Below are positions 24,176 through 37,072 of a DNA stretch of 51,065 nucleotides, piece after piece (within the stretch, counting starts at the first letter, position 1; the number at the start of each line of letters is the position of its first letter). Source of the stretch: Chiloscyllium plagiosum (Eukaryota); the NCBI RefSeq assembly GCF_004010195.1, contig NC_057754.1, forward strand, positions 12,952,770-13,003,834, read 5' to 3'. A program made the translations under genes and the position numbers. The notes under the pieces were generated by a model that ran no database searches, was not told the DNA's origin, and saw only the letters and a program-made list of their open reading frames with translations.

Positions 24176-24389
24176 AATAGGCGACCTTATTGATATTTAA
24201 GGAGCACTATTCTCTACCGAGTTACTCTTTAACCCTCATTGAAACTTGCATCAAGGCTTCTGAAAATGCAAATGCACCATATCCCCGTGCAACCACACCC
24301 CTCCTGCACCGTTTTCTATTCTGCCATTTACATTCACACCAACAAATAAACGTTAGTCATTTCAGATGCAGTAATTCACTTAAGAGGTA

Positions 24390-27065
24390 AATCAGGAAGG
24401 CCCAAAGGGACTACAGAAAGCTTTGGCAGATCAGGCTGAGGAAAATCCAAAGAGATTCTAAATGTATATTAACAACAGAAGATTAACTAGGGGCAGGATA
24501 TGGCTCCTTGAAGATGAATGGGGCCATCCAAGTGTGCAACCACAGGAGATGGGTGAGATACTATACGAAAATTTCACGTTTGAACTTACTGTGGAGGAAG
24601 ACTGGTGAAGTCAGGGGGAAAAAACAGTGGATGTCTTCAAAAGACTCCACATAACAGGAGGTACTGGAGGTTTTAAAATGCATGTAAGGGAGACAAGTCC
24701 CTGGGAACTAATGAAGTTATATTGTGATATTGTGGGAAGCTCAGGAAGAAATTGCGGAGTCCCATAAAGAGATTTTTCTATCACTGATAGCCAGTGTCTC
24801 CAGGAAGCCTGGAGGGAGGCTAATGTTGTGCCAGTAATTATAAAGGCTACGAGGGAAAGCCAGGGACATCAACACCAATTAGCTTGATGTCAGTGATGCA
24901 AACGTTATTGGAAGCGAATCTGCGGGACAGGATTTACATGCATTTCCAAAGGCAAGGATTGATTAGGGATAGTCAGCACAGCTTTGGAACGCTGCGTAGA
25001 ATTCTGATCATCCTGATTTAGGAAGCATTTCCTGAAACTGTAAATGGTGCAAGGATTGACCAACATGCTATGATAATGGAGGGTTTGACAGAAACGGAGA
25101 GGCTGGATAAGCTGGAAAGCAGCATTGGGGTGGGGGCGGGATGAGATAAGTTTGGCAGATAAGGTTAAGCAGAATGCAAAGAGTTTTCTACAGCACACAC
25201 GTACAATAAAGCAACTGGAGAGACAACAGGGCCCCTCAAAGTTCAGTGAGGCCATCCATGTGTGGAACCACAGGAGATGGCAAGAGCCTAAATGAATATT
25301 TCATGTCAGAACGTATCGTGGACAAAGACTAGGAAACAAAGGGAAGAAACAGTGATGGCTTGTGAAGAGTCCCAATTACGGAAGAGGTGGTGCTGGTGGT
25401 CTTAGAACACAAATTTAGAGAAAGCCCTCGATCATGAACAAGTGTATTCCAGAACATTGTGACAAAGTTGTGACAGTGACCCGAGAAGAGATATTTGTGT
25501 CATTGTCTTTCGCATTTCCATTGGGCTTAAGTGGTTGAGGGGTGACCTTATAAAGGTTTAGAAAACCATGAGGGGTACAGGTAAGTTGATGAACCAACGT
25601 TTTTACCCCAGGGTAGCGGAGTCCATAACTAGATGGGATTGAACTGCAGCAGGAGAAGGTATTAGCAATTCTGTAAAGTGTAAAAATAGGTAAGTCACCA
25701 GCGCTGGATCAGAATTATCCTTGGGTTCTCTTGTCAGCCAGGAAGGAGAATGCCGAACCTTTGGCTTTGATCTTTATGACATCATTATCTACAGGAATAG
25801 TGCCAGAAGGTTGGAGGACAGCAAATGTTGCTCCTTGACCAAGAAGGGAAGTAAAGGCAATCCTGGGTAATTATAGAGCTGTGAGCCTTACTCCGATTCT
25901 GGGTAAAGTGTTGGAAAGGCTTGTAAAAGCTAGCATTTATAATCATCTGGAGATGAATAAGTTGATGAGAGATAGTCAGCACGGTTTTGTGAAGGGTAGG
26001 TCATGCCTCACAAGCCTTTTTGACGTATTTGAGAAGGTGACCAAACAGGTCGATGTGGATAAAGCAGATCTTGGTAGTGCAGATGAACAGAGAGATCATT
26101 GTGTCCATGTTCATGGATCGTTGAAAGTTGCCACCCAGGTTGATAGAGTTGTTAAGAAGGCATTCAGCGTGTGAGCTTTTATTGCTACAGGGATTGAGTT
26201 TCGGAACCATGAGATCATGCTGCAGCTGTACAAAACTCTGGTGCGGCCGCATGTGGAGTGTTGCCTATGGTTCAGATCACCGCATTAGAGGAAGGATGTG
26301 GAAGATTTAGAAAGGGTGCAGAGGATACTTACTAAGATTTTACCGACTCTGGAGTGAAGGTCTTCTGAGGAAGGCTGAGAGATTTGAATCTGTTTCTGTT
26401 TGCAAGAAGACGTTCAATGTCAATTAATTGAGAGATATAAGATAATCAGCGGGTGAGATGGGTTGGACAGGGAGAGCCTTTTCTCTTGGATGGCGATGCC
26501 TAACACGAGGGGAGATAGCTTTAAATTGAGGTAGATACTAATATTAATAAATAAATATGGGACAGATGCCAGAGGTAGGTTTCTTACTCAGAATAGTCGG
26601 GGCATGGATTGCATTGCCTGCAACAGTAGTGGACTCGCCAACTTTAAAGGCATTTAAAAGGTCATTGGATAGTCATATAGACGAGAATGGACTACTGTTA
26701 GCTACTTGGGCTTCAGATTGGTTCCACAGGTCGGCGCAACATCGAGAGCCGAAAGGCCAGTACTGCACTATCATGTTCTGTGTTTTAGAGGGCATAAATA
26801 TGATATGGGAGAGGAAAGACTTAGATGGGATTGGAGGAGAACATTTTTCACACAGAGGATGTTGCAGGCATGAAATGCGTTTCCAGGGGAAGTGGTAGAG
26901 AAAAATACAATTACAACATGTAAAAGACATTTGGGCAGGTACCTTGAAAGGAGAAGGTTTGAAGGGATATGGGTCAAGTGTAGGGAAACAGGACTCGTTC
27001 ATGGACTCTGGTCAGCATGGACTAGTTGGATCGAAGGAACCGTTTCCGTGCTGCATGGCTCTGTC
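24390..27065 (+). mobile_element. Mosaic of CR1 fragments; inverted paralog of 349-2170
   Basis: ORF 25881..26174 contains SLTPILGKVLER...SQHGFVKGRSCLT with the same deletion junction as 399..809. Confidence 0.88.
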
Positions 27066-30000
27066 TCCAGTTAATGGAGGAGGAGACAACCGAGATAAGG
27101 CATGTGATAGATACTGAAGCAAATTACAGCGATAGGGATGGTAGTCTTGAATGCAGTACATTTCAACTATGTGGAGGGCTATCGGGAAGGGAAGAGGTTT
27201 CAGAGACAGGAACTGTGAAAGGAGTTAGAAATTATTGAAGACACTGGTGCATAAGACATGCCACAGATACAGTGTTGCAGAGTAGTGAGTCTTAGTACAA
27301 CAAAACCTACAGTAGGGGTGGGGATTGAGCCTGGGGTGTGTCGTAATGTGTTCCCCCTCCAGCACTGTATCTTTATCATGTCTTGTTAGCCGATGTTTGG
27401 AACCGTCTCATTGCTCTCTGCTCTATGCACTGTGAGTGATCTTACCTCGCTGCAGGATTTATTGAAGGCTCCAGATCTCCCTTCCCTTTGTCTCTCTGGC
27501 TGACCAACCATCTTCAATGTGGTGATAGACGAGACGCCCAGAAATTGGAAGGGCTATTGGGTCAGGAACTTCCTAAATACCTACAGAAGACAGAGAAATA
27601 GACAGTATGGAAAATTAGACTGATGCACTGAGGGTTACACATGGAGAATGGCACTAAGTCACACAGAAATCTGGAAAATCCCAGGCTCCATCCTTGGCCT
27701 GTTCTGCTGCGTCTCCCTGGAGTGGATAATTCTGTTGGCTCAGGATCTGGAATACCTGCAAGAATGAGAGACACTGACAGAGACTGCAATTAGACCCACA
27801 CAGTGAGGGATACCACATGGAGAGAGACTGAGTGATATCACCAGAGTGCTGGAAGATGTCAGTATCAAACAATTGTGTCGGAAGAACGGGTTTTGCTTCA
27901 TTATGCACTGATATAACCGGTCAGGAAAGAGCAGGTGAAGTGATGGCCTCGTGGTATCCGAGTTTGTATCCGAAACCTCAGCTAATGTTCAGGGGAGACA
28001 GGTTTGAATCCCACCATCAGAAATTGGAGAAATTTAAATCAATAATTAAAATAAAATTGCAATTAACAATTCATGAATAAGTATGGAACCATTGCTGGTG
28101 TCGAAAATAATCTTTGTTCATCAAAACGATACTGGTCCTTTCGAGAAGGACATCTGCCCATCCTCATGTGGTCTGCACGACATACCGACAGCAAAGTGTT
28201 GGCCTCTCAATTACCCTCTGAAATGGCCTAGCAAGCTACTCAGCTCAAAGGCAGCTAAGGCTGGGGTGCGGGGGGAGGGGTGGAGTGGGGGTGGGGGGGG
28301 GGGGGGTGCAAGAAAGGCTGGTTAGCCAGAAACACCCATATCCCACAAGTAAATAAAACAATTCCATTGCACTGGGACCCAATGGAACCATGATGAGAAT
28401 GGAGTTCTGGTAATCATGTTAGTAGGTTTATGGACAGAGCTTTAAACTGACAGAGAGGATGCAGGTACAGGATTCAAGTGAAAGGATCTTTCCAAATCCA
28501 AAGAGAAAAAGTGAAGCATCAGAACAGCATGGGAATGTGACTGAAGACAAGCAGAAAGGAACAGGATGGAAAAGGTTTAACTAAAACTGTACATCAGTGA
28601 ATAGGTTTGTGACAGGAGATTATGGGAAAGAGTAAATTATGTTTTTTTTGGAATTGACAAAGTATCTTCAATAAGGTAGATGGATTTGTGACACAGCGAT
28701 AAATGGAATTTAGACACTAAAGAGACATGATTGCAGGACGAACAAAAGGTGGAACATAAATATTCAATTGTTCACAATCTTGCGGGATCTAAGGCAGAAT
28801 GGGAAATGACGGTTGGGTAACGCTGACAGAAATGGGTAACAAAGGCATTACAGAGAAGGCATTTGGCCTCAGATCATGAAGTAGAGTCTGTCCGAATGTA
28901 AATTCCGGCTACTACTTGCCAAGGACACAAGCAGCAGAACAGTTTTAGCCACCGAACAGCATTTAATTGCTCATCACTGCATTAAACAGGAATTCATTGG
29001 AATTTTTAACAAAGGCATTGTGATAATATTGGGAAACTTCAATATTCACTTAATGTGGGACAAACACACTGACAACAGTGATATTGGAAGAGGAGTTCAG
29101 AGAACTTCTTTTTGCTCCGTGTTTCTTTGAATAATACATTGTGTAACTGGCGAGGGATGCAACTGTCTCAGAGCGACCGTTGTCTGATGAAACTGAGTGA
29201 ATGAGTAATGTCACACAGAGAGATCCTCCGGGAAATTGGGATAAAGTGGAATTTAACTAATTACAAAGCTTTAATGTGAATCACAGAATGGACAAGATAC
29301 AACTGGAAACAAATTACCCCATTTACATGGGTTTGAGAGGAGAACTGACCAAGGGTTAACAGGAGGAACAGACTGAAATGTGTATCTGTAAGCGAACAGT
29401 TGAAAACACTTGAAGAACTGTGTAAAACACTCAACAAAAGGACGTTCCATTGAAACAGTCAAAACCTCAGCAAGAAATTCTTACCTTTCCTCACTCAGGA
29501 CAAAATGGACCATATTAGATTATCAGGCTTAGAAGATCACCAAAAGAACTAACAATTCTAAAGTGAGAGAGTGTTTATGCAGTAAGTGTTAGAGGGATTG
29601 TGAACTGTCTGCTAGCAGGAGTAGGGCAGTGGGAAGGGCAATGATTGTCAGGGTTTGATAGATTGATAGGAACAAGGAGAGGTGAAGGTGCTGGAGCTGG
29701 TGCGAGTGTTACAGAGAGTGGTCAGGGCCTGAACGGTGTTACAAAGTCAGTACGAATTGCTGCAGCTGGAGGGATTTGCAGAGGTAGGGAGGGACATATG
29801 TATTTTTATTTATTCATTCATGGGCTGTGGGTGTCACTGCCTGGACAAGCATTCTTTGCCCCACAGCTAATTACCCAGAGGGCAGCTCCGAGTCAACCAT
29901 ATTGCTGTTGGTCTGGAATCACATGTCGGCCAGAATGTCAGATGTCCTTCTCTAAAGGATGTAAGTGAACCAGATGTCTTTTTCCTACTGATCAACAATG

Positions 30001-30690
30001 CTTTTATGGTGACCTTACCAATATCCAGCACAACATGATATCCCAACTCCTATTCTCAATACTGTGACCAATGAAGATAACCATCCCAAATGCCTGCTTC
30101 ACCAGCCTGACACCATTTTCAAAGAACTGTGTACCTGCATCGCTGGATCTCTGATTGTCAACACGACCCAGGGCCCGAACATTAACTGTACAAGTCCCAC
30201 CATGGCTTGTTTTACGAAAATGGAACACTTCACATTTATCTAATTAAACTCCATCTGTTATCCTTCAGCCCACTATCGCAGCAGTACTGTTAATCCTGTT
30301 TTTTTTTTCATCGTTAACCTTCTTCACTGTCCAGCATATCACCAATTTTAGTGCCACCCACAAAAGTATTTACCAGGAAACTAATAATCTCAGTCAAATA
30401 AATTATCCAAATCACAAACAACAGTGGACTGACTACCCATCCAGTCAGAAAAACAAAATGTCTCCAACTACCCCCGTCTCCTACCGTGAAGTAAATTGTA
30501 TACCAGTTGACTAGCTCCTCCTGGATGCCGTAACCTTTTTCCTTGATTGGAACGTATTACCCAATTTTCAATATGGAACGTAGAACATAAAACAGTACAG
30601 TACAAGGCCCTTAGGACCTCAATGTTATGCCGACCTTTTATCCTCCTCTAAGATGAAACTAACCTACATACCTCCATACTATCCACCACT
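27066..30690. repeat. Segmental unit copy 3
   Basis: Collinear with copies 2 and 4 from 'ggaggagacaaccgagataaggcatg' onward. Confidence 0.9.
27446..27755 (-). pseudogene. Candidate exons X (27755-27699) and Y (27580-27446), copy 3
   Basis: Acceptors ctcattcttgcag| and tttctctgtcttctgtag|; donor GAG|gtaaga. X reads GIPDPEPTELSTPGRRSRT. Y has an early TAG. Confidence 0.55.
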
Positions 30691-31555
30691 TCAACAATCG
30701 TTGTGTCATTGCCAAACTTACTAACCCACTCTTCCACTCGTCCAAGTCATTTATGAAAATCACAAAGAGTATGGTTCTGGGAACTGATCCCTGCAGAACA
30801 CGACTGGTCACCGAGCTCCAGGCTGACTATTTTCCATCTATCATCATCCTCTGTCTTCAATTGGCATGGGATTCTGTATCCAGACAGATAGGTTTCCCTG
30901 TATCCCATGCCTCCGCACTTTCTGAATGGTTAGAGGTAATGAGGCGCTGTATGAAAGATTGGAGAAGTGCTGTGGGAACTGGAGAAGGTTACAGTGATAC
31001 CATGTGCTGGAGAGGTTGGAGGGTAGGTCAGTAAGGACTGGATGTTACAGACAGTGTGGGCTGTAGGTGCTGGACAAAATGGCAGACATAAGGATTTTTG
31101 GAGCGTTTTGGGGATAGTGGACACAACACTAAGTGTCAAAGTCATTTTGGAAAGAGATAAGGATAGTGCACTAGTGAAGGTGCCAAATTTGGAGAAGCCC
31201 CCTAATCATGAGAATATTACTGTCACTGGGCATTATCATTATCACGAGGCAGGATCTGGTAAACACAGACTGGGAGTAACTATTTGCAGTTGGGTTCATA
31301 TTCGGATAAAGGAAGAAAGTTAAAGTGATACAGTTAGAATTAAGGTCCAGTGGGCTCCCAGAAGAGTGAATGACAAAGGCAGTAACTCCAGTGAATACTG
31401 ATCAAGCGATACTGTGAGCTGGACAAAGAAAGTACAGTGCGATGAAAACAGGCGAAGCACTTCAAAAGTATAGTGTACGCAAGTAGCGGGGGTGGGGGGG
31501 GGGGCTTAAAAATGAGGGGCAAAGAATGGGCATGAAATATCGCTGGCAGATACTG

Positions 31556-31930
31556 TTACATAGAACATAGAACATAGAACATAGAAGAATACAGCGCAGT
31601 ACAGGCCCTTTGGCCCTCGATGTTGCGCCGATCCAAGCCCACCTAACCTATACTAACCCACTATCCTCCATATACCTATCCAATGCCCGCTTAAATGCCC
31701 ATAAAGAGGGAGAGTCCACCACTGCTACTGGCAGGGCATTCCATGAACTTACGACTCGCTGACTGAAGAACCTACCCCTAACTTCAGTCCAATATCTACC
31801 CCCCTTAATTTAAAGCTATGCCCCCTTGTAATACCCGACTCAATACGCGGGAAAAGGTTCATACTGTCGACATCCTTCCTATAGTATGGCGACCAAAACT
31901 GCACACAATATTCCAGATGCGGCCGCACCA
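31556..31930 (-). mobile_element. Young CR1 3' end with (acataga)n tail, internally deleted
   Basis: 'acatagaacatagaacatagaacatagaa' tail repeat, followed by the CR1 3'UTR and ORF2 C-terminal remnants. Confidence 0.85.
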
Positions 31931-31934
31931 GAGT

Positions 31935-34900
31935 TACGGAAAGGACACAAGGTATTTTATGAGTATAGTTAGAGGAAGAAGATTACCAGTTAAAGAGTTG
32001 CGTCTGTTAGAAACCAAAGGGATAATCTGTGCATGGAACCAGAGGAAGTAAGTGAGGTCTTCAATGAATACTTCCCATCTGTATTCACACAGGAGAAATG
32101 CATTGTAGCCGGGGATTTCAGTTGGGATGATGAGGTTCTAGAACATGGTAAGATCAATGAGGAGGAGGTATTAAATGTCTTCACAGGTATAAAGGTGGAG
32201 AAATCCCCAGTGCCCAATGAAATGTATCCCAGCCTGCTATGGGAGGTAAGGAAGGAGATTGCTGGGGCCCTGGTGGATATATTTAATACTTTGCTGGCCA
32301 CAGGTGAAGTGCTGAATGACTGGAGGATAGCTAATGTGGTTCCTTTGCTCACGATGGGCAGCAGGGTAATTACAGAGCAGATAGTGTAATAGCAGGGGGA
32401 GGGAAATTACTAGAAACCACTCTGAGGATGAATCAACACTTGAAAAGGCAGGGATAAACTCAGCTGAGTCATCACGGATTTGGCAGAGGAAGAGACTGTC
32501 TGAGGAATTCAGTTGCGTTTTTTTTAAACGGTCTCTCAAAATATTGATGAGGACAGTGCAGATGAAATGGTTTACGTGGACCTGAATAAGGCCTTTAACA
32601 AGGTCTCACGTGGAAGGCTGGTCCAAAAGGGAAGAGCCACTGGGATTCAACGCAAGCTTGCAAACTGGATATAAAATTCGTAGATAAACCTCTTCGTCTT
32701 TGATTTTCTTTCACCAGCGGGTGTATCACAGGGATCTGTCGAATGATAACTTCGATGTGAAAGCAAAAGGAATCATTAGTAGGTTTGCAGATGACATGAA
32801 AGATAAAGATGTTGTTCACAGTGAGAAGGATGGTCTATCGCTACAGTCTGATGACTATCACATGATAATCTGAGCAGAGTTTAGTTCTGATCAATGTAAG
32901 GTCATACCCTGTGGGAGTATGATAAGCGTAGGACACACATAATGAATGGTCGGTCCTTGTGGAGTACTGAGGAACACAGGGACCTGAGTGGACAATCCAA
33001 AGATCCCTGAAGGTGTCAGCACAGGAAGACAGGGTGGGGAAGGCACCTGAACTGGGAGCAGGAGGGGGACCCATATCCTGGTGGGGCGAATTGTGAGAGC
33101 TGCTTGAGAGGATAGAATCTAATCTGGCAGGGTGTTGGACCTTAAACAGTAGTAGGGTCAGAAAAAAGATTGAGGCTGTTGCACAAGTTCAAGAGAGCAA
33201 TTTCAACAGACAAGGCAGGCAAGAACATAGCAGGGAATGGGGAAACTGATGATTAAACTGCACTTATTTCATTGCAAGGGGCCTGACAGCTAAGGAAGAT
33301 GAACTCAGGGCATGGATTTGAAAATGGGACTGGGAGATTATAATTATTACAGAAACACAGCTGAGGGAGGGACAGGACTGGCAGCTCATTGTTTCAAGGT
33401 GGAGAGACCACAGGAAGCATCGAAGGGGAGGCAAGAGAGGACGCGTGGTGGTGGGTTTTGATTGCAAGAATCATCCCAGCAGTACATAGAGAGGATATTC
33501 CAGTGGGATCGCCCAGTGAAACTATGTTAGTGGAACTGAGAAATAAGAATGGGTCATCACTCTGACACGATTGTCCTACTGACCCCAAATAGTCAGTGGC
33601 AGACTGAGGAACAAATATGTCGGACGATCTCAAATATCAATCATAATAATAGGACTGTTATAGTTGGGGTTGGGTTTTTAAACTTTCCATCTTAGACTGG
33701 GACTGCCAGTGTTCAGCGTTTGCAAGGGAGGAATTTGGTAATTGCGTTCCAGAAAACTCCCAATCACTATGTAAATGGCCCGAAAACAGAAATGAGCAAA
33801 ACCTGACCTCCACTTGGGAAACAAGGTAGGGAAAGAGACTAAGGCGTTAGTGGGAAAACATTTAGCCAAAGTGACCACAGTTCTATTAGTTTGAAAATGG
33901 CTATGGAAAAGGACAGGCGTGGTCCACAAGTTCAAGTTATAAAATGGGGCCAGACCAATCTTGATCGTATTAGCCAGGAACTTTCAAAAGGTGATTGGGG
34001 TGGGGTGGGGGGGGTGTCTATTTGCAGGGAAAGGGAAGTCTGGCAAGTGAGAATATTTTAAAAAGTGAGATAAATTGAGTATTCAGTGCCAGCATGTTCC
34101 TGTTTGTGTGCAGGTCAATGCTGACAGCATTCTGAAACGCTGGCTGTCTATTAAGTGTCTGGTCAAGGAAAAGGGGCCACATGTCAGGTATAGCCAGCTT
34201 GATCAAGGGAATACCTGAGGATCACAGGGGCTGTAAGAATACACTTTGGGTGGAAATCGGGAATGCAGAAAGGGTACATGAAATAGCCTCCACAGAGAAG
34301 CATAAGAAGACTCAAAAAGTGATTGTATAAATATATTAAGAGTAAAAGGGTAACTCGAGACCCTTAAAGACCCTTAAATATCAATGAGGCAATTGATGTG
34401 TGGAACTGCAGGATATTTGCTAAGGCTCTAAACAAATATTTCACTCCAGAACTTACTGTGAGAAAGACTGGGGAACTCAGGGAACAAGAGTAATATGATA
34501 GACCACAATTGGAGTTCTCTGCAATTCCAGTTTCCCTGCTACAGGAATGACGTTGTGAAACTTGAAAGTGTTCAGAAAAGATTTACAAGATGTTGCCAGG
34601 GTTGTTGCTGGATAAGCTGGAGTTATTTTCCCTGGAGCATCGGAGACTGAGGGGTGACCTGACAGGCGTTTATATAAACATGAGGGGTACGGATAGAGTA
34701 ATAATTTAAGGTCTGTTCCCAGGGGTTGGGGAGTCCAAACCTCGAGGGCGTAAGTTTAAGTTTAGAGGGGAAAGGTTTTAAAAGGGACCGAAGGGACAGC
34801 TTTTTCATGCATACGGTGATGCGTCTATGAAATGAACTGAGAGAAAAATTAACAGATATTGATTCTATGACAACATTTCAAAAGGTATCTGGATGGGAAT

Positions 34901-35133
34901 ATGAATTGTAATGTTTTAGACGTACATGTGCCAAATGCTGGTAAATGAGGTAGATTTATTTAGATCTTCTGGTCAGCATGGATGAGTTGGAACGAAGGGT
35001 CTATTTCCATGCTGTACATCTCTATGACTTGAAAAGAATGCATGTTATAGAAGAGGTGGAGCAGGAGGTTATAACACACAGAGGTATGGAAAGACCCAGG
35101 ACATTGGGGGATGCTAGAGAAGAAATTGTGGAG
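31935..35133 (+). mobile_element. Mosaic of CR1 fragments
   Basis: ORF 32033..32389 contains EVFNEYF.SVFT.E...KSP.PN.MYP.LL.E...WRIANVVPL. Endonuclease remnants lie at 33260-33720 and a 3' end at 34500-35030. Confidence 0.85.
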
Positions 35134-36435
35134 CAGTGCAAAAGTGAGGACTGCAGATGCTGGAAACCAGAGTTTAGATCAGAGTGGTGCTGGAAAAGCA
35201 CAGCAGGTCAGGCAACATCCGAGGAGCTGGACAATCGACATTTTGGGCAAATGCCCTTCATCAGGAATAGAGGCAGGGAGCCTCTAGGGTGGAGAGATAA
35301 ATGGGGGGAGTGGTGCTGGGGAGAAGGTAGCAAAGAGTACAATAGGTGACTGGGGGTGGGGATGGAGGTGATAGATCAGAGGCGAGGGTGGAGCAGATAG
35401 ATGGGAAAGGAGATTGGCAGGTAGGACAGGTCTAGGGGACAGTGCTGAGCTGGAAAGATGGAAATGGGGTAAGATGATGGAAGGGAAATGAGGAAAATGG
35501 TGAAGTCCACATTGATGCCCTGGGGTTGAAGTGTTCCAAGGCGGAAGTTGAGGCGTCCTTCTTACAAGCGTCGGATGGTGAGGGACTGGGGGAGGAGGAG
35601 GCCCAGGGCCTGCATGTTCTCAGCCGATTAGGAGGGGGAGTTGAAACGTTGGGCCACGGGGCAGTGGGGTTGATTGGTGTGGGTCTCCCAGAGATGTTCC
35701 TTGAAGCGCTCTTCAGGGAGGCGTCCAGTCTCCCTAATGTAGAGGAGACTGCATCGGGAGCAATGGATACAATAAATGACATTAGTGGATGTGCAGGTGA
35801 AGCTTTGATGGATGTGGAAGGCTTCCTTGAGGCCTTGGATGGAGGTGAGGGAGAATGTGTTGGCACAGGAGAGCAGGGAAGGGTGCCAAGATGAGAGGGT
35901 GGTTTGTTGGGGGCCGTGGACCTGACCAGGTAGTCACGGAGGGAACAGTCTTTGTGGAAAGTAAAAAGGGGTGGGGAGGGAAATATATCCCTTGTGGTGG
36001 GGTCCGTTTGGAGGTGGCGGAAATGTCGGCGGATTATTTGGTTTATGCGAAGGTTGGTATGGTGGAAGGTGAGCACCAGGGGGTTCTGTCCTTGTTACGG
36101 TTGGAGGGATGGGGTTTGAGGGCAGAGGTGCAGGATGTGGATGAGATGTGTTGGCGGGCATCTTTAACCACGTGGGAAGGGAAATTGCGGTCTCGAAAGA
36201 AGGAGGCCATCTGGTGTGTTCTGTGGTGAAATTGGTCCTCCTGGGAGCAGATATGGCGGAGGCAGAGGAATTGGGAATACGCGATGGCATTATTCCAGGA
36301 GGGAGGGAAGGAAAAGGTGTAATCCAGGTAGCTGTGGGAGTCGGTGGGTTTGTAAAAAATGTCAGTGTCAAGTCGGTCGTCATTAATGGATTTAAAAATC
36401 ACACAACACCAGGTTATAGTCCAACAGGTTTAATT

Positions 36436-36476
36436 GGAAGCACACTAGCTTTCGGAGCGACGCTCCTTCATCAGGT
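36436..36476 (-). ncRNA. Hammerhead ribozyme core in the PLE terminal repeat
   Basis: The minus strand reads CUGAUGA-A-GGAGC-GUC-GCUCC-GAAA-GC-UAGUGU-GC-UU: core, 5-bp stem II and short stem III. Stem I is not evident locally. Confidence 0.55.
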
Positions 36477-36885
36477 GATTGTGGAGAGCTCGATCGTAAC
36501 ACCGAATTTATAGCAAAAATTTGCAGTGTGATGTAACTGAAATTATACATTGAAAAATTGATTGTCTGTTAAGCCTTTCATCTGTTAGAATACAGTGATA
36601 GTTTCACTTCTTTCATGTGTAAATCACAAAACCCTTTTTTTTAAAAGTTGAATTCTCGGGTTAGCTGTTAACAATTGTGATAGCTAGACAATGTTTTGAA
36701 GGTGTTAGCCCTCTGTGTTCTCTGTCTATGACCTGATGTTTAGATTGATTCCAATCTAAAAAGTGAAATAACAGAGTTTTACATAAATTCATGCAGTTTT
36801 TGAGCTCAGAGTTCGACACGAATCTATGTGGTTTTTGAGCAAAGTGCAATGTAACTTTGTACCAAAAACAATTCACCACACACAA

Positions 36886-37072
36886 TATATATGTGTGCAT
36901 GTGGGTCTTTGTCTGTCTGTGTGTGTGTCTGTCTGGGGTGGGGGTTGTGAGTGTGAGAAAGTGTGTGTGTGTGTGTGTGTGTGTCTGTGTGCGCGTCTGT
37001 GTGTATCTGTGTCTGTGTGCATGTGAGAGAGAGAGTGTGTGTGTGTAGGAATATCTATGTCTGTGTGTGTAG
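36886..37072. repeat. (TG)n-rich microsatellite in the PLE 3'UTR
   Basis: Imperfect gtgtgt/gtct/gaga runs. Confidence 0.95.

Larger units (their letters stand above)
17345..24390. repeat. Segmental unit copy 2
   Basis: Collinear with 40620-47010 over about 6.5 kb, including the same HE1 SINE insertion (22650-22985 vs 45885-46220). Confidence 0.9.

Noticed and set aside
35526..36513. Several plus-strand ORFs of more than 120 aa
   Set aside because: These are antisense shadows of the Penelope ORF.
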